Shown one piece after another: positions 28,999 through 39,076 of a DNA stretch of 64,000 nt (the first letter of the stretch is position 1; each line of letters opens with the position of its first letter). The notes beneath the pieces were generated by a model. It was not told the DNA's origin and searched no databases. It saw only the letters and a program-made list of their open reading frames with translations. This DNA comes from a virus, in the IMG/VR virus record IMGVR_UViG_3300042509_002208, positions 15,111 through 79,110 of that record; one strand, written 5' to 3'. A program made the position numbers and the translations under genes.

Positions 28999-30000
28999 TT
29001 ATAGCTCGTCATCGTAACGCCAGAAGCGCTCGCGTGACTCCTCAGGTTCAGGGATATTGCTAGGCCAGCTTGGTAGCTGGTACTTCATTCTAAATTTAGA
29101 CGGATCAAGTTTTTCTTTGATGAATTGTTCTTCTACTTCCAGGATTTGATCCGATAATGTATCTATGCTACCGGGATCATTTCTGAGCATGTTAAAATAT
29201 AGATAATGGAGTTCATCATATCGATCAATTAGTTTCCTAAGCCTTGCTGGTAGTGTTACTTGATCTGTTCGATCTTCCTCGTTAACAGCTTCTGCTTCGT
29301 CATAATTTAATCCTTCATTGTAAAGCGAATATACATTTTGATATTTCTTTTGCATCGGAGCGCCAATCCCGATAATACTTTGAAGTGTCTTACTGGTGTT
29401 CTCCTTTGACCAGAACGGTGAATGGTCAACTCCGGCTTTGAGTATAGAGAAGAAGTGTTCATAGTCGTGTGGAGTTATCTCAAGCGCTTTGATATGAAGG
29501 TCTAATGATTTCATGAGCTGATCGCTCATTTTATTAATCTTAGCGTAATCTTTGGGCCGATAATTATTCCAAGCAATTCTTGCTTGTTCTAGGTAGTTTA
29601 CTTTTTGCTTTTGTTCTTTTGGTTCTGACTTGGGCGCTTTTTCATAATAAGATGGATCAAGGATTTCCGTATCAACTATCTCTCGGCTTCTTATATCTGC
29701 AACTCTAAGTTTTCTCAGAACAGGAATTGGGTCTTTTAATATAATATGTTCGTTGGTACCAGAGATAAAACCTAGTTCTCTAAGTTCTGCCATACATCTA
29801 ATCCTGGTGGCACGATGTATACCAATTCTTCTATCCAGAACTCCTTTGTCTACGGGCATGTAATCAGCCTGGCTGGCCAGGATCATCCAAAGAAGCTTGG
29901 TGTTCGCCTGCAAATCATCGCAATAAAGCAACTCAAATGGAGCCTTTGCGAAGCGCCCTACTGCCCAGTCGTGGCTTTTTGAGATCGAAATCTTAGTCAT
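28999..30000 (-). CDS. Replication initiator-like protein (N-terminal winged HTH)
   Basis: FAKAP..LL....L..NTKLLWMIL..RIGIHRATRIRCMAELRELGFI, directly upstream of the helicase. Confidence 0.7.
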   Translation of the reverse strand: MTKISISKSHDWAVGRFAKAPFELLYCDDLQANTKLLWMILASQADYMPVDKGVLDRRIGIHRATRIRCMAELRELGFISGTNEHIILKDPIPVLRKLRVADIRSREIVDTEILDPSYYEKAPKSEPKEQKQKVNYLEQARIAWNNYRPKDYAKINKMSDQLMKSLDLHIKALEITPHDYEHFFSILKAGVDHSPFWSKENTSKTLQSIIGIGAPMQKKYQNVYSLYNEGLNYDEAEAVNEEDRTDQVTLPARLRKLIDRYDELHYLYFNMLRNDPGSIDTLSDQILEVEEQFIKEKLDPSKFRMKYQLPSWPSNIPEPEESRERFWRYDDEL

Positions 30001-30021
30001 GGCGGGGGAACCAACGTCGAC

Positions 30022-30049
30022 AGGCTAGCCGCTTTTGGATTCTTGTCAA
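30022..30049 (-). promoter_or_regulatory. Sigma70-type promoter of the replication operon
   Basis: TTGACA-16-TAGCCT on the minus strand. Confidence 0.55.
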
Positions 30050-30290
30050 ATTATTACGATTTACAACGAAACAATTTGCAACAATGCTGATAAATGCAAC
30101 AAAACAGGTTGCTTCTTGAAACACAATATGTTGACTCGTGAAACGATGGCGTGTTGTGTTTTGCTACAGGGGGCAGAGGAGCGCGTTGCAAAAAACAACC
30201 CTATACTAGAATAGTATTTAAGCTTCTTACAGAGGCTTAAGGTTTTTGTTTAAACCACTAGAACAAAAACAACAACTAGAACAACTAGAT
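30050..30290. other. Candidate replication origin
   Basis: AT-rich divergent intergenic region with TGCAACAA repeats, a 15-bp imperfect inverted repeat and ACTAGAA repeats. Confidence 0.5.
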
Positions 30291-30329
30291 TGGCTGCAGC
30301 GCTCCGCGCCAGGTCGTTATGGTGGTGGC

Positions 30330-30620
30330 ATGGAGAAGCAACCAACCAAGCGATCGGCCAAGGAGGTCCAGGCGGCAGAGGAAGCCTGGGAGGAAATCGG
30401 CGCTGCCCTGGCTGCAACGGTTGTGGAGGGCGGGAAGAGCCGTTCCTGGGTTTGGGACTTGATAAAACCGCTTGGTTTGTACAAGCGTTGGATGGTCGGT
30501 TATTGGATTGAGAAATACGAGACTCTTAATGCGGCCCGTTTAGAAGCTCTTAAGAAAAACAAAAGATCCCGGAAAAAAGTCCTGGAATTGGTTCCGGTAT
30601 TTGACGAACGGACGGATTAG
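30330..30620 (+). CDS. Hypothetical protein
   Basis: ATG within track ORF 30246..30620. Confidence 0.55.
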   Translation: MEKQPTKRSAKEVQAAEEAWEEIGAALAATVVEGGKSRSWVWDLIKPLGLYKRWMVGYWIEKYETLNAARLEALKKNKRSRKKVLELVPVFDERTD

Positions 30621-30658
30621 TGGTATCTGTTATCCTGAATAGACACCCCATCTAAACC

Positions 30659-31375
30659 ATGGCCGAGATTCCGAACCTTGCTGGAGTAGCAACAACTGAT
30701 CTTGTCGAAACCATTGGCTCCGGCAGTTTTAAAGCTAGTTATATCAATTGGTCGCGAACCTTAAATCTGCTACGTCAGAACGCGCCTGGCTGGAACGTTG
30801 AAGCTGTAGCTTCCATCGATGGCGGACTGATCCATCGAGATCCGGTTGGCGGTCACCTGATGATTTGCTATCGACACATCGATGGCACAGTGACTCCTCA
30901 GGTTCCGCAGGCGATCATGGATCACCGGAACCAAGCGATTCCTTACGAGAAGATTACGGCCAGAGACGTGAGTGATACGCATCGTCGCGGAGCTTGTCTC
31001 GTGGCTGCAATGCAGTTTGGCCTTGCTCATGAGCTGTGGGCCAAGATGCCCCTTGAGAGCGGTTACGGCTCTGATGTGGATAAAGACGCGCCGCGCATCT
31101 CAGAGGCCCCCAGAACAGCCTCTGAGCCGCCTCAGAAGGCGGTAACGAAGGAAGACTTCCTGGAAGCCGCCCTGGAGAAGGGGCTCCATACAAAAGCTGC
31201 AGAGGCGCTGCTAGAAAAAGTTGGCACAAACTACGCTGGTGGCGTCAAAACATTGGCAGCCAAAGACCTGGCCTGGGTTGACCAGCAAAACGCTCCTTTC
31301 TTGGAGGAAGCTGCCCCAAAGCAATCGAAGCCAGCGGCAAAGAAAACTACCAAGCCAGACCCCAGCGAGTACTAG
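30659..31375 (+). CDS. Sak3/DUF1071-like single-strand annealing protein
   Basis: SYINWSR...IMDHRNQAI..ARDVSD..RR..L.AA..FGL..ELWA. Confidence 0.7.
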   Translation: MAEIPNLAGVATTDLVETIGSGSFKASYINWSRTLNLLRQNAPGWNVEAVASIDGGLIHRDPVGGHLMICYRHIDGTVTPQVPQAIMDHRNQAIPYEKITARDVSDTHRRGACLVAAMQFGLAHELWAKMPLESGYGSDVDKDAPRISEAPRTASEPPQKAVTKEDFLEAALEKGLHTKAAEALLEKVGTNYAGGVKTLAAKDLAWVDQQNAPFLEEAAPKQSKPAAKKTTKPDPSEY

Positions 31376-31492
31376 AGAAACAAGATTTCCCCAGACTGCT
31401 GGACTACCAAGAACTTCCCCAAGCGGAGTTCATCGATGTAGCAGCCAGCAGCTTGGCGAAATATTTCTCTGGAGAAATTATTAAAGATTACG

Positions 31493-31516
31493 AGGGGCCT
31501 GTCTAAGCCCCTTTTT
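31493..31516 (+). terminator. Intrinsic terminator
   Basis: AGGGGC...GCCCCTTTTT. Confidence 0.7.
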
Positions 31517-31550
31517 CTCTGTTAGATTGATTTTGCTAATTCCTTTGACG

Positions 31551-32363
31551 ATGGAACTCAACCAGGACAGCCTGACCCACTGGATGAACAGAGCCGGGTC
31601 TAAGCCCCTGTTGGATCAGGTTGAAATTGATAATATCGCCAGGATTATCCAGTCATCCGAGCCTGGCTCTAAGAAATATAAAAAATATGTCAACAAGATT
31701 GTCGAGCACAACCTTCGCCTTGTCGTGAAGTTTGTCCATGCGTTTATGACGCATAAGACGATGAACAATTGGGGATCGCCAGATACCCTTGACTATCTTC
31801 AAGTTGGTTCACTTGGCTTGTATCGGGCAGCAGAAAAGTACGACCCAGATAGAGGATATAAGTTTTCTACTTACGCAACACACTGGATTCGTTCATTTGT
31901 CGGCAGGTATAACCTGAAAACAATGAGCACTTTTACGATACCAGAGCACGCCTCTCGTAATGCTCATTATTTTGAGGCTCACGGGACTCCAAAGAGACGC
32001 AAAAGTGGCGTCATGCCAACCGATGGCGAAACAGTCGAAATGGTCAAGCTATTGCGTAATGCGCAACGGCCTATGTCGCTGGATGTAACCATTGATGCCT
32101 GTGGCGTTACATTGCTTGACACCATAGATAGGCAATACGAGGCGCCGGATGCTTTTGTTGAAGGGTGCTTCGATACAGAGACTGAAGACCTCTTCGTTAA
32201 AGCCGGGCTCAGCGGAAAACAGATCTTCATCCTTCGAGGACTCTTCGTTGATAACGCCAAAGCAGGTGACATCCAAAAGGATCTATGCATCTCCCAAGGG
32301 CAGTATCTGAAACTAAAGAAGCAGGCTTTGGACTCGCTAAAGTCTGTATTAGAACCGGTATAA
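31551..32363 (+). CDS. RpoD/group-2-like RNA polymerase sigma factor
   Basis: HNLRLVVK..DYLQVGSLGLYRAAEKYDPDRGYKFSTYATHWIR. Confidence 0.92.
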   Translation: MELNQDSLTHWMNRAGSKPLLDQVEIDNIARIIQSSEPGSKKYKKYVNKIVEHNLRLVVKFVHAFMTHKTMNNWGSPDTLDYLQVGSLGLYRAAEKYDPDRGYKFSTYATHWIRSFVGRYNLKTMSTFTIPEHASRNAHYFEAHGTPKRRKSGVMPTDGETVEMVKLLRNAQRPMSLDVTIDACGVTLLDTIDRQYEAPDAFVEGCFDTETEDLFVKAGLSGKQIFILRGLFVDNAKAGDIQKDLCISQGQYLKLKKQALDSLKSVLEPV

Positions 32364-32390
32364 TGTACTGTAAACCCTTTTTGGGGAACG

Positions 32391-32741
32391 ATGGCTACGA
32401 TTGCAATTGCAGGAACTGTTACTGGAAAGGCAGGCGAATCTCCTGTCACTCTAAAGACGTTTGATAACGGGGATACTGTCGCAAGCTTCTCGGTTGCTGA
32501 CCGGGCATATGTATATGCCAAGCCAGGCGAAGATCGCCAAGGTCAATTCTATCGCTGCGAAGTGCGCGGCAAAGCTGCCGAAATCGCTGCAGAGCGGATC
32601 AACCGTGGTGACAAAGTGGGTGTTTCTGGGCAACTGGTTCAGCGAACCTATAACGACAAGCTGTATCTTGACGTGAAGAACGCCTCGATTACTTTCCTGG
32701 AAACTCGCAACCAGGACTCCAAGGGCGAAATGCCGTTCTGA
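32391..32741 (+). CDS. ssb: Single-stranded DNA-binding protein
   Basis: VASFSVA..FYRCEVRGKAAE..GDKVGVSGQL; C-terminal EMPF. Confidence 0.9.
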   Translation: MATIAIAGTVTGKAGESPVTLKTFDNGDTVASFSVADRAYVYAKPGEDRQGQFYRCEVRGKAAEIAAERINRGDKVGVSGQLVQRTYNDKLYLDVKNASITFLETRNQDSKGEMPF

Positions 32742-32787
32742 TCTAGAGCACCGGGCCGGCGAAAGTCGGCCCTAGCTATTTAACATA

Positions 32788-33243
32788 ATGGAAAGCGCCA
32801 AACACGAATTGCCAGGAGGTATCGGCCTTTTCATTGATGAAATGCCATTGTTGACGACGGCTCAGGTGCGGCCTTATGTTATTGCTACATTGCTGCATCG
32901 TGGAGCTGTTCGATACGGAGAAGTGCTTAGTAGTTTGACTCCTCACTGCTCTACTTCTGATCTTAAAACAGGCGGATGGGATCCGCTTGATGGAGAATGG
33001 TGTGAAGGAACTCGTCTAGAGAAGTTAGTAGACGAAGTGCTTGGTGAATTCACCTCTGAAGGAGTAGTTCGTTATAATGAGGAGCAGGAGCTTTGGGTGC
33101 TTACATCAAAGCATTTATCAACAATTATCTCGTGGGTTGCTGCACTTGGAGCAAAAATGCCGAGTCATCTCTTGATGGAGATGAGTAGAGATCAGCTTTG
33201 TCGAATACCTGATTACATCAACATCGAAAATGAGAACACTTAA
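32788..33243 (+). CDS. Hypothetical protein
   Basis: 151-aa ORF in operon. Confidence 0.7.
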   Translation: MESAKHELPGGIGLFIDEMPLLTTAQVRPYVIATLLHRGAVRYGEVLSSLTPHCSTSDLKTGGWDPLDGEWCEGTRLEKLVDEVLGEFTSEGVVRYNEEQELWVLTSKHLSTIISWVAALGAKMPSHLLMEMSRDQLCRIPDYINIENENT

Positions 33244-33481
33244 GGACGGAACCGTCAAGTACAAGAAAAGTTCATACAAAGAATCAGAAAGGCTGTCGAT
33301 GCCTTCTTTCCCTTTGCCTCGTTTTACGAAAGGGTCAAAGGTGCAAGTTTACCTTGGTGCCGGGTGGGGTTCTGGTTATGTCGTCGATAGTTACCAGGAT
33401 CGTTGTGTCGTTAGGCTTTCTATGGGCAATCGAATCATCACAGTATTCGATGCTCGTTCGGTCCGCGCTGCCCAGGAATGA
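33230..33481 (+). CDS. Hypothetical protein (SH3/KOW-like beta barrel)
   Basis: FTKGSKVQVY..GWGSGYVV..CVVRL. Confidence 0.65.
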   Translation: MRTLKDGTVKYKKSSYKESERLSMPSFPLPRFTKGSKVQVYLGAGWGSGYVVDSYQDRCVVRLSMGNRIITVFDARSVRAAQE

Positions 33482-33936
33482 AAACTCAAAAGCAAATTGA
33501 GTCTGTATGTGACTCCATCAAGAACATGCTTCTTGAAAAGAACAAGAAGTATGGAGACTCTGCACTGTCGCCAGTCAGAATCTTCAGCAAGGCTGATGCT
33601 GTCGAGCAGATCTTGGTCAGGATTGACGACAAGCTCTCTCGTATTTCTAAGGGAGTGGGACTTGTTGCTGCTGATGAGGATGTAGTCAATGACTTGATTG
33701 GCTATCTGATCTTGCTGAAGATTGCTAAACAGCAAGACTCTTCTCAGTGGGATGGTAGTGACATTGAACCCACCCCTGGCAAGCAATCGGCGACCATGTA
33801 CGACGACATCATTTCTTTCAACACTAACTCCGTCGAACAATATTTCGGGAACAATATGGCTAATTCCTGGATCTCTTGTAGTCAGGAGGACGCTACTCTT
33901 GCCGATGTCTACTCCTCGGGAGATCGTTTCGCCTGA
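33478..33936 (+). CDS. DUF1599 / nucleotide-modification-associated domain 1 protein
   Basis: LLEKNKKYGDS..VRIDDKLSRI..DLIGYLIL. Confidence 0.75.
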   Translation: MKTQKQIESVCDSIKNMLLEKNKKYGDSALSPVRIFSKADAVEQILVRIDDKLSRISKGVGLVAADEDVVNDLIGYLILLKIAKQQDSSQWDGSDIEPTPGKQSATMYDDIISFNTNSVEQYFGNNMANSWISCSQEDATLADVYSSGDRFA

Positions 33937-34300
33937 TTACGAAATCGTAATTCAGCAGCCATTATTCTCTAAGGCACGCCCAAGGCTGACGAGAACTGGA
34001 CACGCTTACATGCCTGCTCCGTACAAAGCGGCGCAGGCTGTAATGCGAAAACAAATCAAGCAGCAATGGAAGCAGGGTCCACTAGAAGGCCCTGTTTCCT
34101 TGTGTATGTATGTCTCCGGCGAAGGGCGCGGTGATCTGGATAACATTGCTGGCGCCTTTATGGATGCCGCTCAAGGGATACTGTTTGTCGATGACAGGGT
34201 AAGCGTCATACCGGAACTGTATATCTCATGGACAAAAGCAACCAAGCTGAAGTCAGAGTGGATCATCCACGTATACCATCTGACGGGGTCGTTAGAATGA
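33905..34300 (+). CDS. RusA-like Holliday junction resolvase
   Basis: SKARPR..GDLDNIAGAFMDAAQGILFVDDR. Confidence 0.85.
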   Translation: MSTPREIVSPDYEIVIQQPLFSKARPRLTRTGHAYMPAPYKAAQAVMRKQIKQQWKQGPLEGPVSLCMYVSGEGRGDLDNIAGAFMDAAQGILFVDDRVSVIPELYISWTKATKLKSEWIIHVYHLTGSLE

Positions 34301-34318
34301 GCAATATAACCATGGCAA

Positions 34319-35170
34319 ATGGCAAGCGTCGCTTATAACCAGCCAGATCCTGCCTATCGCAGAGAGATAGGTGAAAATCAAAGCTCGTTAAAAAGCATCC
34401 TCGTCAGCCCGGCTCATTACCAGGCCGCTAAGAAAAGGCGCTTCGCTCCAACGATCAACATGGAGATTGGCTCGGCCCTTCACTGTAAAGTTTTAGAAGG
34501 TGACGAAGAGTTCGACAAAAGATATATCATGCGTCCTGATGGTATATCATTGAACACCAAGGAAGGAAAAGAGTGGAAGGCAGAAAATTCTGGGAAAACC
34601 GTTCTTACTAACTCAGAACGAGAAAGAGCCTGGGATAGTGTTCTCGGAATGGCAGAGTCGCTAAGAAAGCTTGACTGGTTTAAAGAAGATCAGATTGATT
34701 ACCGTAAGTTCAACGAACTTTCGATTTACTGGGATGTCGACGGTATTCCCTGCAAGGGCAGGCTTGACAGGCTTGTCGATACCGGAGAAGAATTACTTGT
34801 CTTGGATTTGAAGACAACGGACTCCGTTGATCCTTCTACATTTAACAAGAAAGCAGCAGGTGGAATGAATTATATATTTCAGGCTGCCTGGTATGCGGAA
34901 GCGGCTTCTGTTGCTTACAACAAGCCAGCAAAGTTTATTTTTGTTGCTATCGAACGAGCCTGTCCTTGGAGCATTGGCATCTTCGAGGTATCAGAAGAGA
35001 CAATGGCTGAGGGCTACAGGCAGATCAACCAAGCAAGAACAATTTTAAAGGAATGCTTAAAAGAAAAAAGGTGGCCGGGTCCAGAAATCCAGTATAATAT
35101 GCTTGATCTACCAACTTGGTATCGCTCTCCCCTTAAGGTTGAGACACCCGGTTTCGATGACCTCTTCTGA
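34319..35170 (+). CDS. RecE/ExoVIII-like PD-(D/E)xK exonuclease (DUF3799)
   Basis: SPAHY..GSALHCKVLE..ELSIYW..CKGRLDR..DLKTT..QAAWY. Confidence 0.88.
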   Translation: MASVAYNQPDPAYRREIGENQSSLKSILVSPAHYQAAKKRRFAPTINMEIGSALHCKVLEGDEEFDKRYIMRPDGISLNTKEGKEWKAENSGKTVLTNSERERAWDSVLGMAESLRKLDWFKEDQIDYRKFNELSIYWDVDGIPCKGRLDRLVDTGEELLVLDLKTTDSVDPSTFNKKAAGGMNYIFQAAWYAEAASVAYNKPAKFIFVAIERACPWSIGIFEVSEETMAEGYRQINQARTILKECLKEKRWPGPEIQYNMLDLPTWYRSPLKVETPGFDDLF

Positions 35171-35376
35171 TGAGCAACTCTACGACAACCTCTAGCTCTA
35201 CCGGCATCAGTACCACGGGACTGCTTGGCGTCCTGTTTGTTGGTCTGAAGCTGACAGGGGTGATTAACTGGCCCTGGTTATGGGTTCTTGCTCCTTTCTG
35301 GATTCCAGTCGCGATCCTGCTGGCGATCTTACTGGTCCTTGCCGCTATCTGGGTAATTGCCAAAATCACTGAGTGA
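35170..35376 (+). CDS. Small membrane protein
   Basis: LFVGLKLTGVINWPWLWVLAPFWIP widespread phage family. Confidence 0.8.
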   Translation: MSNSTTTSSSTGISTTGLLGVLFVGLKLTGVINWPWLWVLAPFWIPVAILLAILLVLAAIWVIAKITE

Positions 35377-35380
35377 CCTA

Positions 35381-36037
35381 ATGCACGACGCTAAACTCAT
35401 CGCCATCACCCCAGACGCAGAGAAGATCTGCATTCATTGCGCCAGGGTTAGCAATCCCGCGAACCAGGACAATCCTGAATATGCAAGGCTGGTTAAGTAT
35501 CTGATCAAGGAGCGCCACTGGAGCCCATTTGAAATGGCAAATATGGTAGTAGAAATTAATACTACCAGAGCAATTTCGCCACAAATTCTTCGTCACCGTT
35601 CATTTTCATTCCAGGAATTTAGTCAGCGTTACTCGAAAAGCACCGAACTAGCAGGCGAGTTTCCTTTGCCTCATCTTCGCCGGCAAGATAACAAGAACAA
35701 GCAGGCCAGCCATGATGACCTGGATGAAATCCTTAAAAGAAACCTTGAGTTCGAAATCGACTCGCTTTATGAGCACGCAACGTCTGTCTATAAGAGTCTC
35801 CTCGACAGCGGCGTGGCTAAAGAGTGCGCCAGAGAGGTTCTTCCTCTGGGTGTACCTACTCGTTTATACATGAATGGCAATCTTCGTAGTTGGATCACTT
35901 ACATTGCTCTTAGAGAGAAGAACGGGACGCAGTTAGAGCACCAGAACATTGCTTTGTCTTGCAAGAAGATCCTGAGCGAACATTGCCCTGTTATCGCTGA
36001 AGCTCTTGGTGGCCCAGACGCCCCATGGGAGCTATAA
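35381..36037 (+). CDS. thyX: FAD-dependent thymidylate synthase
   Basis: HWSPFEM, QILRHRSFSFQEFSQRY, KECAREVLP. Confidence 0.96.
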   Translation: MHDAKLIAITPDAEKICIHCARVSNPANQDNPEYARLVKYLIKERHWSPFEMANMVVEINTTRAISPQILRHRSFSFQEFSQRYSKSTELAGEFPLPHLRRQDNKNKQASHDDLDEILKRNLEFEIDSLYEHATSVYKSLLDSGVAKECAREVLPLGVPTRLYMNGNLRSWITYIALREKNGTQLEHQNIALSCKKILSEHCPVIAEALGGPDAPWEL

Positions 36038-36059
36038 GTTGGAACAATAGGTAACGCAT

Positions 36060-36695
36060 ATGGCGAGAAGCCCCGTGTCAGAATGGCGTGAAGCCAAGCC
36101 GCCTAAAGGTGAGCCAGGTCCAATTTACGGTTTCAGAAGAGGCTACAGGGTCAGAGATGCTGGTCGCCATGAAACAGCGGATCAATACTCCGCGTTTCAA
36201 AAGTTTCTTCTGTTACAAGGGAACAGAACCTTCACTGCCTTAGAGCAGGCAACTGGCTATTCGACGCCAACACTTTCTTCTTGGGCAGAAAATTATAACT
36301 GGCAAAAACGCGCTGCAGCTTATGATAAAAACCAGATGGCTATCGTCTGGAAAGAAGCGCAAAGGATGCAGCGCAATAGCCATCGCGACGCCATTGTAGA
36401 ATTCAGGGAATCTTCAGAGCGTCAAGCCAAGATGATGGCTCGCGTCTCTGAAGATCTTTTGCGTATTCTTGGCAAAAGAATTGAAAGAGCTGACCAGGAA
36501 GGGGAAGATGTCCCCATGAACCTTGTTTCTGGTCTACTTAGGGCTGCGGCCAACATCAACGAGCAGTCAAGGCAGTCGTGGGCCACATCTCTTGGCGTTA
36601 ACGAGATGTTGGATATGATTGATACTGAAGTAACCAAGGTAAACGTTGAGGATGTTACTGAAGTTGATGCTTATGACATCCCCTTAGACGAATGA
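36060..36695 (+). CDS. Terminase small subunit (putative)
   Basis: ET...YSAF..F..WAENYNWQKRAAAYD HTH family, upstream of terL, late motif at 36041. Confidence 0.7.
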   Translation: MARSPVSEWREAKPPKGEPGPIYGFRRGYRVRDAGRHETADQYSAFQKFLLLQGNRTFTALEQATGYSTPTLSSWAENYNWQKRAAAYDKNQMAIVWKEAQRMQRNSHRDAIVEFRESSERQAKMMARVSEDLLRILGKRIERADQEGEDVPMNLVSGLLRAAANINEQSRQSWATSLGVNEMLDMIDTEVTKVNVEDVTEVDAYDIPLDE

Positions 36696-36865
36696 CGTAT
36701 CCTGATTTCCCAATGACCGTCACCCAAGAAGAAGACGGCAGTTTTACTATTGAATGGGATCAAAACCATCCCGTTACATCTTACTTCAATGATTTCACCG
36801 AAGAAGATTTCATTGAAATGATTATGGCTCGTTGCAAATTAGTATTGGGTGAAGAGATAGAGTAA
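36692..36865 (+). CDS. Small acidic cyanophage protein, 57 aa
   Basis: EEDGSFTIEWDQNHP..FNDFTEEDFI; coupled to both neighbours; not in track. Confidence 0.7.
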   Translation: MTYPDFPMTVTQEEDGSFTIEWDQNHPVTSYFNDFTEEDFIEMIMARCKLVLGEEIE

Positions 36866-38391
36866 TGGCCATTAAACTCGGCAAGGATTTCCTGGAGAGG
36901 TCAGCTTCCGACCGGGAGATGGTCCGCAAGCTGCGGGAAATTAAGACTGAAAGGAAAGAAGGTGCCAAGAAGGTAATCCTTTATAAGTTCATTAAGGAAG
37001 TTTGTGCCAGTTATAAGTTCTACAAGGTTCACGCAGAGCTGACTAGACAGCTTCAAAGGGTTATTGACGGAGACTGCAAACGACTAATTATCCAGATCCC
37101 TCCCAGAACTGGAAAGTCGATGCTGTCATCAAAGTTGCTGCCGGCAGCTTATCTACTTGCACATCCTGATCGTTACGTCGGCATCAGTTCCTACAGTGCG
37201 GAATTGGCAGAAGGTTTTTCACGCGCAGCCAGGGACTACTACAGGGAAGCTGGCGGGCTATTCGACCCTCACAAGCAGGCTGTGAACGACTGGGGTACCC
37301 AAGGTGGCGGTGGCCTGTGGGCTGCTGGCGTCGGCGGCGCCATCACCGGTCGTTCTGGTCACTTGTTGATCATCGACGACCCGGTGAAAAACAGAGAAGA
37401 TGCAGACAGCCCCAGAGTCATGGAGAAGCTGTGGGATTGGTACACATCTACTTTATATACACGACTTGAACCGGTGGTTGGCTCTATTGTCGTCATTCAG
37501 ACTAGATGGAGCGAGAACGATCTAATTGGCAAGCTTCTTGAGTCTGAGATGAATGTCTCAGAGAAAGGCCGAGAGAATTGGACAATCCTGGATCTTCCGG
37601 CAATCTCGGAAGATATGGGTTCACGTCCGCCTTTGCCATCTCATTGTGATGTTGTAGAAGATTGGAGAGAGAAATCCGGGGAAGCGCTTTGTCCGCAACG
37701 CTATGGGATCGATGAATACGAACGCATCAGAGAAGCAATTGGTACTCGCGACTTTGCTGCCTTGTATCAACAAAGGCCAGCTCCTGTCGGCGGTAACATG
37801 TTCGATCCTAGCTGGTGGCAATATTATGAACATGACACGGTAATGCCTGAATTCCAGCGCATCATGCTCAGTGTCGACTGTACTTTCACCAGCAACAACA
37901 ATAGCGACTATGTTGTTGGCAGCGTCATCGGACAAGCCGGAAACAGGTTCTATGTGATTGACATGGTCAGAGAAAGACTCGATATCGTCGGAACAATCAA
38001 CATGATTTCAAGGATGTATAACAAGCACTCCTTGAGCGGTACGATTATCGAACTTGCAGCTTCCGGCTATGCCGCTTACCAAATGCTGCAACAGCGGGTT
38101 CCAGGACTGATTGGCTTCAAGCCGGAGAAATCAAAATCAGCTAGAGCTGCCGGTATCGTGCCAATTGTTGAGGCTGGAAATGTCTTCCTGCCAGCCAGTG
38201 CCACATGGCTCGATTCGTATATAAATGAATTCAGCCTGTTTCCTGCTGCAAAGAATGATGACATCGTCGACTCTATTACGATGGCGATTAATTATATGGC
38301 GCAAAGATCTGCGCCTGTCATGACCGAAGTGACATGGGGGCGCACTGCTTTTGTTCCTGGGGCGACCGCTAGAATAGAAATAAACACATAA
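36865..38391 (+). CDS. terL: Terminase large subunit
   Basis: IPPRTGKS, GVGGAITGRSGHLLIIDDPVK, IQTRW, LYQQRP, SVD, NDDIVDS. Confidence 0.96.
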   Translation: MAIKLGKDFLERSASDREMVRKLREIKTERKEGAKKVILYKFIKEVCASYKFYKVHAELTRQLQRVIDGDCKRLIIQIPPRTGKSMLSSKLLPAAYLLAHPDRYVGISSYSAELAEGFSRAARDYYREAGGLFDPHKQAVNDWGTQGGGGLWAAGVGGAITGRSGHLLIIDDPVKNREDADSPRVMEKLWDWYTSTLYTRLEPVVGSIVVIQTRWSENDLIGKLLESEMNVSEKGRENWTILDLPAISEDMGSRPPLPSHCDVVEDWREKSGEALCPQRYGIDEYERIREAIGTRDFAALYQQRPAPVGGNMFDPSWWQYYEHDTVMPEFQRIMLSVDCTFTSNNNSDYVVGSVIGQAGNRFYVIDMVRERLDIVGTINMISRMYNKHSLSGTIIELAASGYAAYQMLQQRVPGLIGFKPEKSKSARAAGIVPIVEAGNVFLPASATWLDSYINEFSLFPAAKNDDIVDSITMAINYMAQRSAPVMTEVTWGRTAFVPGATARIEINT

Positions 38392-39020
38392 TGGCCCGTA
38401 AATCTCTGGATTTTCAGCTCACGCCTGAGCAACAGAAGATGGCCGCTGATAATATTAATCTAGCAAGAAGAGAGGCTTGGCGGATCCAGAGAACTACAGG
38501 CATAGATTATTCAACACTTGAAGGCGCGGCGTTTCTTGGTCTGTGCAAGGCTTGCCATCGATATGATCCGGATTCCGGATACAAGTTTTCTAGTCTGGCT
38601 ACGCCGACAATTAGAGGTGAATTGCTGCACTGGGTCAGAGACAGGACTTACGCAATGCGGTTATCTCACAAGATGAGAGAAAACTGGATTAAAGGTAGGA
38701 AGATGCTGTATTCCGGATCTAGCGATATCGAGGTTGCAGACGAGCTTGGCCTGAGCTTGCAGGAATGGCAAGAGACAAGATCCGCTTGCTCCGGCCCTCC
38801 ATTAGAATTAAAGGATCAGTCTATGCCGACAGATCCACTTGAAGCTGAAGAGATCAATTTCAGGGAGATATATCAGGAAAAGGCTACTGATATCATAGAA
38901 AGCTTAAGCGAAGAAGATAAGGAATTCCTGGATGACTATTTCAATAGCCAGGGAGTCAAGCCTCCTGTTAGAAAATTTCAAGTGCTCTGGGAAGAGCTGT
39001 CTAAACGTAAACTAACGTGA
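38391..39020 (+). CDS. SigF/group-3-like sigma factor with truncated region 4
   Basis: GLCKACHRYDPDSGYKFSSLATPTIRGELLHWVRD; EVADELGLSLQEWQE. Confidence 0.88.
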   Translation: MARKSLDFQLTPEQQKMAADNINLARREAWRIQRTTGIDYSTLEGAAFLGLCKACHRYDPDSGYKFSSLATPTIRGELLHWVRDRTYAMRLSHKMRENWIKGRKMLYSGSSDIEVADELGLSLQEWQETRSACSGPPLELKDQSMPTDPLEAEEINFREIYQEKATDIIESLSEEDKEFLDDYFNSQGVKPPVRKFQVLWEELSKRKLT

Positions 39021-39076
39021 AATACCCTTGCTAAGCGCGATCTGGGTTCTAAGATGCTTCCATCAGCTCATAGCGC

